This document shows, one piece after another, positions 10,508 to 19,427 of a DNA stretch of 64,000 nt. Source of the DNA: Desulfuromonas sp. GTDB taxonomy: Bacteria; Desulfobacterota; Desulfuromonadia; Desulfuromonadales; BM501. The stretch covers positions 45,807-109,806 of the forward strand of contig NZ_PKUB01000018.1 of the NCBI RefSeq assembly GCF_002868845.1, read 5' to 3'. Made by a program: the position numbers and the translations under genes. Within the stretch, counting starts at the first letter, position 1. Every line of letters starts with the position of its first letter. The notes below the pieces were generated by a model. The model saw only the letters and a program-made list of their open reading frames with translations, had not been told where the DNA came from and ran no database searches.

Positions 10508-10627
10508 GCGCGCCGGTCCCGCTGGCAGAAGCCGGAGCCCAAGATCAAGGGCGGTTGGCTGTCTCGCTACGCCGCGGTCGTGACCTCGGCAAATACCGGC
10601 GCCATCTGCAAGGGCGAGCAGGAGTAG
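10508..10627 (+). other. ilvD: in-frame continuation of ilvD after the TAG (conserved C-terminal tail)
   Basis: The same frame reads [39 protein letters not shown], then TAG at 10625-10627. This matches the conserved IlvD tail pattern W.P.P...G.L..YA..V.SA..GA. Confidence 0.8.
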
Positions 10628-10714
10628 GCATACACACGATGCCCCTGGTTCGCCCCCGGCGCAATTGGCCGGCGGTGCGATGGGCGTCGGATCTTTTTTT
10701 GGAGGAGGCTTTTT

Positions 10715-12412
10715 GTGAAAAAGACCGTATCGCAGATTCTCTTGGAATGCCTTCAGCTGGAAGGGGTGGAGACCGTTTTCGGCTACCCCGGGGGCACGGT
10801 TATCAATATCTACGATGACCTTATGGATTCTCCCATCACTCACGTCCTCACCCGCCATGAGCAGGCAGCGGTCCACGCCGCCGACGGCTTCGCCCGGGCC
10901 ACCGGCAAGGTCGGGGTGGCGATCGCCACAAGCGGCCCCGGCGCCACCAACACGGTGACCGGCATTGCCACCGCCTACATGGATTCCATCCCGATGGTGA
11001 TTATCACGGGGCAGGTTCCCACTCCCCTGATCGGCAACGACGCCTTTCAGGAGGCGGACATGGTCGGCATCACCCGGCCCGTCACCAAACACAACTACCT
11101 GGTCAAGGACGTCAAGGACCTGGCCCGCATCGTCAAGCAGGCCTTCTTCATCGCCCGCACCGGGCGTCCCGGGCCGGTCCTCATTGACCTGCCCAAGGAC
11201 GTCCAGATGGATTCCATCAAGTTCGAGTATCCCGACAAGGTCGAGTTGCGCGGCTACAAGCCGACCTACAGCGGCAACGTGCGCCAGATCGAGAAGGCGG
11301 CCAAGATGATTCTGGCCGCCAAGAAGCCGGTCATCTACGTCGGCGGCGGCGCGACCCTGGCCGACGCCCCGGCCGAACTATTGAGCTTTGCCGAGACGGT
11401 GCAGGTCCCGGTGACCACCACCCTGATGGGGATGGCCTCCTTCCCTCGCCGCCACCCCCTATCCCTCGGTATGCTCGGGATGCACGGCACCTACTACGCC
11501 AACATGGCGGTGACCAACTCGGACCTGCTGATCGCCGTCGGGGCCCGCTTCGACGACCGGGTCACGGGCAAGATTGCCACTTTTGCCCCCCACGCCAAGA
11601 TCATCCACATCGACATCGACCCGACCTCCATTAAAAAGAACGTGCGGGTCGACCTGCCGATCGTCGGCGACCTGTGCGACGTCCTGGGCAAGTTGACCAA
11701 GGCGGTAAAAGGCCACAAGGACGAGCTCAAGGCCTTGGTGGCCGACGGCGCCGCCTGGCGCGACGAGGTCCAGGTGTGGAAAGATGAGCACCCCATGGGC
11801 TACAAGGCCTCCAAGACCGTCATCAAGCCCCAGTTCGTCATCGAGAAGATCCGGGAGTTGACCGACGACGACGCCATCATCACCACCGAGGTGGGGCAGC
11901 ACCAGATGTGGACCGCCCAGTTTTTCGACTTCACCCAGCCGCGGACTTTCCTCAGCTCCGGCGGACTGGGGACGATGGGCTACGGGCTCCCCTCGGCCCT
12001 CGGCGCCCAGGCGGCCTTCCCCAAGCGGCAGGTCATCGACATCTCCGGCGACGGTTCCTTCCAGATGAACTCCCAGGAACTGGCCACTCTCGTTCAGTAC
12101 CGCCTGCCGGTCAAGATCGTCATCCTTAACAATAATTTCCTTGGGATGGTGCGCCAGTGGCAGCAGCTCTTCTTCGATAAGCGCTACAGCCAGACCTGCA
12201 TGGAGCTGCCTATCGACTTCATCAAGCTGGCCGAGGCCTACGGTGCAAACGGGTTCCGGGCCACCAAGCCGGAGGAGGTGGAGTCTGTCATCCGCCAGGG
12301 CCTCGAGACGCCGGGGCCTGTGATCATGGAGTTCAAGGTCGCCCGCGAGGAGAACGTCCTTCCCATGGTGCCCGCCGGTGCGGGCCTCAACGAGATGGTC
12401 CTGGCCTCCTAG
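10715..12412 (+). CDS. ilvB: acetolactate synthase large (catalytic) subunit
   Basis: GTG start preceded by GGAGGAGG. TPP-enzyme motifs are present: GYPGG...SGPGATN...[15 protein letters not shown]...GDGSFQMN. Confidence 0.95.
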   Translation: MKKTVSQILLECLQLEGVETVFGYPGGTVINIYDDLMDSPITHVLTRHEQAAVHAADGFARATGKVGVAIATSGPGATNTVTGIATAYMDSIPMVIITGQVPTPLIGNDAFQEADMVGITRPVTKHNYLVKDVKDLARIVKQAFFIARTGRPGPVLIDLPKDVQMDSIKFEYPDKVELRGYKPTYSGNVRQIEKAAKMILAAKKPVIYVGGGATLADAPAELLSFAETVQVPVTTTLMGMASFPRRHPLSLGMLGMHGTYYANMAVTNSDLLIAVGARFDDRVTGKIATFAPHAKIIHIDIDPTSIKKNVRVDLPIVGDLCDVLGKLTKAVKGHKDELKALVADGAAWRDEVQVWKDEHPMGYKASKTVIKPQFVIEKIRELTDDDAIITTEVGQHQMWTAQFFDFTQPRTFLSSGGLGTMGYGLPSALGAQAAFPKRQVIDISGDGSFQMNSQELATLVQYRLPVKIVILNNNFLGMVRQWQQLFFDKRYSQTCMELPIDFIKLAEAYGANGFRATKPEEVESVIRQGLETPGPVIMEFKVAREENVLPMVPAGAGLNEMVLAS

Positions 12413-12453
12413 GAGGGCGATTGAGTGCAAATTTTTTCGAGGAGAATGATCCT

Positions 12454-12948
12454 ATGAGACATACCATTTCGGTTTTGGTGGAAAACGAGTTCGGGGTGCT
12501 GACCCGGGTGGCCGGGCTGTTCTCGGGGAGGGGATTCAATATCGAGAGCCTCTCTGTGGCCCCCACCCTCGATCCGACCATTTCCCGCATGACCATTGTC
12601 ACCAGCGGCGACGACGCGATTCTGGAGCAGATCACCAAGCAACTCAACAAGCTGATCGATACCATTAAAGTCATCGACTTCACCGGGCAGGATTACGTGG
12701 AACGGGAGATGGCCATGGTCAAGGTGGCCGCCGAGGAGAACACCCGCGCCGAGGTCCTGCGCATCGCCGACATCTTCCGGGCCAAGGTGGTCGATATCAC
12801 CCCCCGCTCCTATACCATCGAGGTCACCGGGGCCCCGGGCAAAATCGACGCGATCATGGAATTGCTTCGGCCCATGGGGATTAAAGAGATCGTCCGCTCC
12901 GGCCCGGTCGTCCTTGGTCGCGGCGCCAAGGGCTGGAAATCAGCCTGA
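12454..12948 (+). CDS. ilvN: acetolactate synthase small (regulatory) subunit
   Basis: MRHTISVLVENEFGVLTRVAGLFSGRGFNIESLSV (ACT domain). ATG 12454 is preceded by GAGGAG. The track start at TTG 12421 is less likely. Confidence 0.93.
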   Translation: MRHTISVLVENEFGVLTRVAGLFSGRGFNIESLSVAPTLDPTISRMTIVTSGDDAILEQITKQLNKLIDTIKVIDFTGQDYVEREMAMVKVAAEENTRAEVLRIADIFRAKVVDITPRSYTIEVTGAPGKIDAIMELLRPMGIKEIVRSGPVVLGRGAKGWKSA

Positions 12949-13034
12949 GCAGGTGCTTGAGGGAAAACCGATTTAACAGGGTGCAACCTGCGGAAATTGC
13001 TTTTGCATCGGCACCTCGTTGTGATATAAATTCA

Positions 13035-13204
13035 GGTCCGGATCGGGAAGTACGTCTCCGAGGCGCCGGGGCCAAGGTCAATGCTCCGGTCAACGCCTGC
13101 ATCGCCAGGCTGCCACCGTCCCCATTGACAAGGTAGGCCAGGATTTGCGAGGCAAGATGAGCTGGATCGGCAAGAACAAGATGGCCGACAAAGAGCGCAA
13201 CTAG
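13035..13204 (+). pseudogene. ilvC: relic of the 3' end of a class I ketol-acid reductoisomerase gene (frameshifted; N-terminal ~280 codons missing)
   Basis: The frame ending at TAG 13202-13204 reads ...QRLHRQAATVPIDKVGQDLRGKMSWIGKNKMADKERN*. This resembles the class I KARI C-terminus as I recall it (..H.IE.VG..LR.MM.WI..NK.VD..KN). An upstream piece in another frame reads ...AGAKVNA. It sits exactly where Geobacter-type clusters carry ilvC, after ilvN. Confidence 0.6.
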
Positions 13205-13220
13205 AAATTATTACCCAACG

Positions 13221-13255
13221 ACGGGGGCAGGGTGACCTGCCCCCGTTTATTTTTT
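13221..13255 (+). terminator. intrinsic terminator following the ilvC relic
   Basis: Stem ACGGGGGCAGG (13221-13231) / CCTGCCCCCGT (13236-13246), loop GTGA, then TTATTTTTT. Confidence 0.8.
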
Positions 13256-13276
13256 ACACATTCAGAGGTTTGCCCC

Positions 13277-13921
13277 ATGAAAAACCAAAACCAGCCCGTC
13301 GCCAGTGAAGGGTACCCCTTTATCGGGCTCTTCGCCTTCGTGACCCTGGTCTTCGGCCTGCTCGACTGGGATTTCCTTGCCTTCGTCATGCTGGCCCTGA
13401 CCCTTTTTGCCATCTACTTCTTCCGCAACCCCGAGCGATGCATTCCCGACGAAGAGGGCGCCGTGGTCGCCCCGGCCGACGGCAAGGTCATTTTCGTCGG
13501 CCAGGTTCCCGAAGACCGCTACTTTCATGCCGAGGTCACCAAGGTCAGCATCTTCATGTCGGTCTTCAACGTTCACGTCAACCGCGCTCCCGCCGCCGGG
13601 AAAGTGATCGACATGTTCTACAACCGGGGGGAGTTCTTCAACGCCTCCCTCGACAAGGCCAGCATGCAGAATGAGCAGGGCGGGATCCTCCTCGAGACGC
13701 AAGGGGGCCAGAGGCTTCTTTTCGTCCAGATCGCCGGCCTCGTGGCCCGGCGTATCGTTACCTATCCCGTCGTCGGAGACCTGCTCGAGCGCGGCGCACG
13801 TTACGGCCTGATCCGCTTCGGCTCCCGCGTCGATGTATATTTTCCCTCCGGTGCCGAGGTCTCCGCCAAGGTCGGCGACCGGACCTGCGCCGGAGAGACC
13901 GTACTCGGGTACCTGCGATGA
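13277..13921 (+). CDS. psd: phosphatidylserine decarboxylase proenzyme (short, Asd-type)
   Basis: MKNQNQPVASEGYPFIG...APADGKV...IFMSVFNVHVNRAP..G...FGSRVDV, with a GS(R/T) self-cleavage-type motif. ATG 13277 gives the usual ~214 aa. Confidence 0.88.
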   Translation: MKNQNQPVASEGYPFIGLFAFVTLVFGLLDWDFLAFVMLALTLFAIYFFRNPERCIPDEEGAVVAPADGKVIFVGQVPEDRYFHAEVTKVSIFMSVFNVHVNRAPAAGKVIDMFYNRGEFFNASLDKASMQNEQGGILLETQGGQRLLFVQIAGLVARRIVTYPVVGDLLERGARYGLIRFGSRVDVYFPSGAEVSAKVGDRTCAGETVLGYLR

Positions 13922-14682
13922 CCAACGAGCGTCCGCCCATAGACCGGCGCGAGAGCCTGCGCAAAGGGGTCTACATTCTGCCCAACCTGTTTACCACGGG
14001 GAGCCTGTTCGCCGGGTTCTACTGTATCGTGGCAAGCATGAACGGCCAGTACAACATTGCCGCCTGGTTCATTCTGATCTCATCCATCTTCGACGGCCTC
14101 GACGGGAAGGTGGCTCGGATGACCGGCACCACCAGTCGTTTCGGCGTGGAGTACGACTCGCTGGCCGACATGGTGGCTTTCGGCGTCGCCCCCGGGATTC
14201 TCATGTACACCTGGGCCCTCAAGCCTTTCGGCAAGCTCGGCTGGCTCGCCGCCTTCGTCTACGTCGTTTGCGGCGCCCTGCGCCTGGCCCGTTTCAACGT
14301 ACAGGTCACGACCGTCGAATCGAAGCGCTTTCTGGGCCTGCCGATTCCGGCCGCGGCGAGCATAGTCGCCACATGCGTGTTGCTCTTTTACCATCTGGGC
14401 GGCTCCGGGACGATCAAGAAGGCCTCGGTCCTGATCCTTATCTATGTGCTCGCCTTTCTCATGGTGAGCAACTTCCGCTACTACTCCTTCAAGGACCCCG
14501 AACTGGTCAAGCGCCAGCCCTTCGGCATCCTGGTGATGGCGGTCATCTTTATCATCGTCATCGTTGCCCAGCCGGAAATCGTCCTGTTCCTGCTCTTTCT
14601 GGCCTACATGGTTTCCGGCCCGCTCGGGTTTCTGCTCAAGCTGTTCCGCAAGCCCCGGGGGGGAGGCAAGGTTTCCGCCTGA
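13918..14682 (+). CDS. pssA: CDP-diacylglycerol--serine O-phosphatidyltransferase
   Basis: CDP-alcohol phosphatidyltransferase motif DGLDGKVAR....S.FG.EYDSLADM. The ATGA overlaps the psd stop. Confidence 0.9.
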   Translation: MTNERPPIDRRESLRKGVYILPNLFTTGSLFAGFYCIVASMNGQYNIAAWFILISSIFDGLDGKVARMTGTTSRFGVEYDSLADMVAFGVAPGILMYTWALKPFGKLGWLAAFVYVVCGALRLARFNVQVTTVESKRFLGLPIPAAASIVATCVLLFYHLGGSGTIKKASVLILIYVLAFLMVSNFRYYSFKDPELVKRQPFGILVMAVIFIIVIVAQPEIVLFLLFLAYMVSGPLGFLLKLFRKPRGGGKVSA

Positions 14683-14791
14683 CCAAACGTTGTATGGCAT
14701 AGTCGAAAAAACGAGTCCCTTTCCCTCGGAAAGCTTAAAGTTTCTTGACATCCCGGGTGTTTGTCTGGTCTAGTGAATATAACAATTCTTT

Positions 14792-15042
14792 AAAGGCTGT
14801 GAAGAGGAGTAGTAGGCCCTGCCCCCTGTCTCAGAGAACCGGCGCTTGGTGCGAGTCGGTACAGGAGAGGGTCGAACTCGCCTCGGAGCCGCGAGGGTGA
14901 ACCGCCGGATCCCGTTCGGACCCAACTAGCCCTCGACGTGAACCTGCGTTAACGGTCAAAACAAGGGCCCTGCCTGCAGGGCCGAAACAGGGTGGTACCG
15001 CGAAGCGCAAGCTCTCGCCCCTGTACGGGGCGGGAGTTTTTT
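14792..15042 (+). promoter_or_regulatory. T-box leader RNA (Leu specifier CUC) with terminator, upstream of leuA
   Basis: T-box sequence AAACAGGGUGGUACCGCG lies at 14985-15002. Stem I elements are GA/K-turn-like GUGAAGAGGAGUAGUAGG, AGAGA at 14833-14837, and distal GGUGCGA. The specifier-loop GAA (14874-76) is followed by CUC (14877-79). The terminator has a 10-bp stem at 15012-15036 plus UUUUUU. Confidence 0.8.
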
Positions 15043-15245
15043 ATTTTGCGCGCTCCGGAATGACCCAACCCGCTGGCAGTCGATTCCTGTCAGCGGCTCT
15101 CCAAGCGAAAGGGGGTGGTGACGTGGAATCGGACCTAGGTGACCTGATGGCCTTAAAACAGTCGGTTAAACTGGAAACATTGATAAATCACGTGCTGCCC
15201 CATCCGGCCTGAATGGCCGTGGCGGAAGTCGAAAAAGGAGGCTCC

Positions 15246-16784
<1,539 letters not shown>

Positions 16785-16936
16785 CGGGCGGGACCGCCCG
16801 AGGCTCCCGGCCGGCGGAGAGGCAGACGCCTCTCCGCCGGCCTTTTCCTGCGCCGAGTCGGGGCCTTGCGCGATCCTCCCGACTTGGGTTAGAATCCCGA
16901 CCGTTGTTTCAGAAGATTTATAGCCAAGGAGTGACC

Positions 16937-18217
16937 ATGGGAAAGACGATAGCCGAAAAGATTTTTGACGCTCACCTGCGGGACGAGCCTTTTGCCGGGA
17001 CCAAGGTTCTCGACATCGACCGGGTCCTGTGCCACGAGATCACCACCCCGGTGGCCATCGCCGACCTCGAGTGGCGGGGCAAGGACCGGGTCTTCAACCG
17101 CGAGAAGATCAAGGCGGTCATCGACCACGTGACCCCCTCGAAGGACAGCAAGACCGCCATTCAGGCCAAGATGCTGCGCGACTGGGCCCGCCGCCACGAG
17201 ATCCAGGATTTCTTCGACGTCGGCCGCAACGGCGTCTGTCACGCCATCTTCCCCGAGAAGGGCTACATCCGCCCCGGCTTCACCGTCATCATGGGCGACA
17301 GCCACACCTGCACCCACGGGGCCTTCTGCGCCTTCGCCGCAGGCATCGGCACCACCGATCTCGAGGTCGGAATTCTCAAGGGGGTCTGCGCCTTTCGCGA
17401 ACCGGCCACTATCCGGGTCAACCTGAACGGCTCGCTGCCCGAGGGAGTCTACGCCAAGGACGTGATCCTCTACGTCATCGGCCAGCTAGGGGTCAACGGC
17501 GCCACAGACCGGGTCATCGAGTTCCGCGGCGAGGTCGTCGATGCCATGAGCATGGAGGCGCGGATGACCCTGTGCAACATGGCCATTGAGGCCGGCGGCA
17601 CCAGCGGCATCTGCCTGCCCGACAGCGTCACCGTCGATTACCTGTGGCCCTTTATCGAGGGCGAGTACGACAGCAGGGAAGCCGCCCTGGCCGACTTCCA
17701 GAAATGGCACTCGGATGCCGACGCCGCCTACGAGAAAGTGCTCGACCTGGACGTCAGCGTCATCGAGCCGATGGTGACCTACGGCTTCAAGCCCGACTGC
17801 GTCAAGCCCGTCGGCGAGATGGCCGGCACCCCCGTCGACCAGGTTTATATCGGCACCTGCACTAACGGCCGCATCGAAGACCTGCGGGTCGCCGCCGAAG
17901 TGCTGAAGGGCAAGGTCATCGCGGACAGCGTGCGCGGCATCGTTTCGCCGGCCACTCCCAAGATCTTCAACGACGCTCTTGCAGAGGGGATCATCCAGGT
18001 CTTCATGGACGCCGGCTTCTGCGTCACCAACCCGACCTGCGGCGCCTGCCTCGGCATGAGCAACGGCGTCATGGCCGAAGGGGAGGTCTGCGCCTCCACC
18101 AGCAACCGCAACTTCAACGGCCGCATGGGCAAGGGGGGGATGGTTCACCTGATGAGCCCCGCCACCGCCGCCGCCTCGGCCGTCGCCGGGGTTATCGCCG
18201 ACGCTCGAAAAATCTAA
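16937..18217 (+). CDS. leuC: 3-isopropylmalate dehydratase large subunit
   Basis: MGKTIAEKIFDAHL...CHEITTP...MGDSHTCTHGAFCAFAAGIGTTD...GTCTNGR...CGACLG...STSNRNF.GRMG. The track ORF 15470..18217 is a run-on, and its upstream part is out of frame within leuA. Confidence 0.95.
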   Translation: MGKTIAEKIFDAHLRDEPFAGTKVLDIDRVLCHEITTPVAIADLEWRGKDRVFNREKIKAVIDHVTPSKDSKTAIQAKMLRDWARRHEIQDFFDVGRNGVCHAIFPEKGYIRPGFTVIMGDSHTCTHGAFCAFAAGIGTTDLEVGILKGVCAFREPATIRVNLNGSLPEGVYAKDVILYVIGQLGVNGATDRVIEFRGEVVDAMSMEARMTLCNMAIEAGGTSGICLPDSVTVDYLWPFIEGEYDSREAALADFQKWHSDADAAYEKVLDLDVSVIEPMVTYGFKPDCVKPVGEMAGTPVDQVYIGTCTNGRIEDLRVAAEVLKGKVIADSVRGIVSPATPKIFNDALAEGIIQVFMDAGFCVTNPTCGACLGMSNGVMAEGEVCASTSNRNFNGRMGKGGMVHLMSPATAAASAVAGVIADARKI

Positions 18218-18336
18218 AAAGGCCGTCTCACGCAACGCCGAAAAAAATGCGGTTCGCTTTTGTTTGCTTGGCGATTTTGCGGCTTGAGCGAGCGCCGCGA
18301 GCGGGCGTGAGATCGGATTTTGCAAAGGAGTTTCAG

Positions 18337-18867
18337 ATGAAAAAAACCTTCGGCGGCCCGGCGATCTTCCTCGACCGGTCCGACATCAACACCGACGAGA
18401 TCATTCCCGCCAAGTACCTCACCGAGGTGACCAAGGAGGCCCTTCAGCCCTACATGCTCGAGGATCTCAAGCTCGAAGGCTTCGATCCCAAGGGGGAGAA
18501 ACTGAAGAACGCCCGGGTGGTCGTCAGCCGCGAGAATTTCGGCTGCGGCTCCTCCCGCGAGCACGCTCCCTGGGTCTTCGAGGTCAACGGGGTGCATACC
18601 ATCATCGCCCAGAGCTACGCCCGCATCTTCCGCCAGAACACTTTCAACGGCGGCATGCTCGCCATCGAGCTGCCGAAAGACGACCTCGACCGGCTCTTTG
18701 CTCTGGAGGGGGCAGGGGAGGTGGAGATCGCCGTCGATCTGGAGAAGCAGGCCGTCGTCGCCAAGGCCGGCGGCAAGACGGAGAGCTTCGCTTTCGAAAT
18801 CACCCCTTTCGACAAGGCCCTGGTGGAAGCCGGCGGCTGGGTGGAGTTCGCCGACGCGCGTTACTAG
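18337..18867 (+). CDS. leuD: 3-isopropylmalate dehydratase small subunit
   Basis: [28 protein letters not shown]...[16 protein letters not shown] 18337 is preceded by AAAGGAG. Confidence 0.93.
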   Translation: MKKTFGGPAIFLDRSDINTDEIIPAKYLTEVTKEALQPYMLEDLKLEGFDPKGEKLKNARVVVSRENFGCGSSREHAPWVFEVNGVHTIIAQSYARIFRQNTFNGGMLAIELPKDDLDRLFALEGAGEVEIAVDLEKQAVVAKAGGKTESFAFEITPFDKALVEAGGWVEFADARY

Positions 18868-18896
18868 CCGGCGGCAGATCGCAGGGAAGACCGAAG

Positions 18897-18932
18897 CGGG
18901 GGCCGGACGCCATGTCCGGCCCCCGTTTTTTT
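18897..18932 (+). terminator. intrinsic terminator after leuD
   Basis: Stem CGGGGGCCGGAC (18897-18908) / GTCCGGCCCCCG (18914-18925), then TTTTTTT. Confidence 0.85.
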
Positions 18933-19159
18933 CTCCCTTTCCGACCGAGGTCGGGGGAGAGGGTTCGATTTTCCCCACCGCCGGAATTACGGGGCCGAAG
19001 GGAAGGGGTGGGACCGTCGGGTTGTCGTAGGGTTTGGCCGAAGGGGACGCGGTTTGGCGCGCCCAAAAATTGGGAAGTGTTAGAAGAATGTAAGTATTAT
19101 CGAGGCTTTTTTAGTTTTAGATTGGGCGCTAAAACACCGTTAAAGAATAAACCACATAC

Positions 19160-19306
19160 CTCCGATAAGAGCAAAACCGGGGCAACCCGGCGACGCAATG
19201 CCACGGGTCCCGAAAGGGACGGCCGGGCTGCCGAAGAGAGTCGATTGCCCCGCTTTTGCCAGGGAGTATCTCTACCCGCCTTCGGATTCGAAGGCGGGTT
19301 TTTTTT
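19160..19306 (+). promoter_or_regulatory. candidate GEMM-I (cyclic-dinucleotide) riboswitch with intrinsic terminator
   Basis: AGAGCAAAACC (19168-19178) is followed by hairpin CCGGG-GCAA-CCCGG (19177-19190, GNRA loop). Next come CGACGCAAUGCC (19191-19202) and a long hairpin at 19200-19228 capped by GAAA. CUGCCGA follows at 19228-19234. The terminator is ACCCGCCTTCG/CGAAGGCGGGT (19274-19299) plus T7-8. These blocks match the conserved GEMM-I blocks GCAAA..CC[GNRA hairpin]GG.GACGCAAAGCC...CCGA as I recall them. The outer P1 helix was not resolved by eye. Confidence 0.55.
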
Positions 19307-19427
19307 CGAGTCGCATATTTTTCAGACGTTCAAGATGGTCGGTTTTTTGTCCTTTATAAAATACCTGACATCGTCTGAGTATCCCTCGCGGTGTAATCCC
19401 ACGGGGGGTAAAGCCGTGCCCCAAACC

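Noticed and set aside
8933-11092. 719-aa minus-strand ORF overlapping ilvD/ilvB. Similar antisense giants occur at 15153..16778, 29651..31603 and 42671..45289.
   Set aside because: They lie opposite unambiguous housekeeping genes and have no recognisable motifs. This is the same high-GC antisense artefact.
14745-14782. Promoter for the T-box/leuA transcript (TTGACA at 14745-14750)
   Set aside because: No acceptable -10 hexamer lies at 16-19 nt spacing. TAGTGA is at 20 nt and TATAAC at 26 nt. It is therefore not called as a feature, although a promoter must lie somewhere here.
18912-19427. First 172 codons of the 2940-aa track ORF as part of the adhesin
   Set aside because: This stretch contains the leuD terminator, an AT-rich patch, the riboswitch-like element and a second terminator. 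A proper signal peptide begins at ATG 19428.
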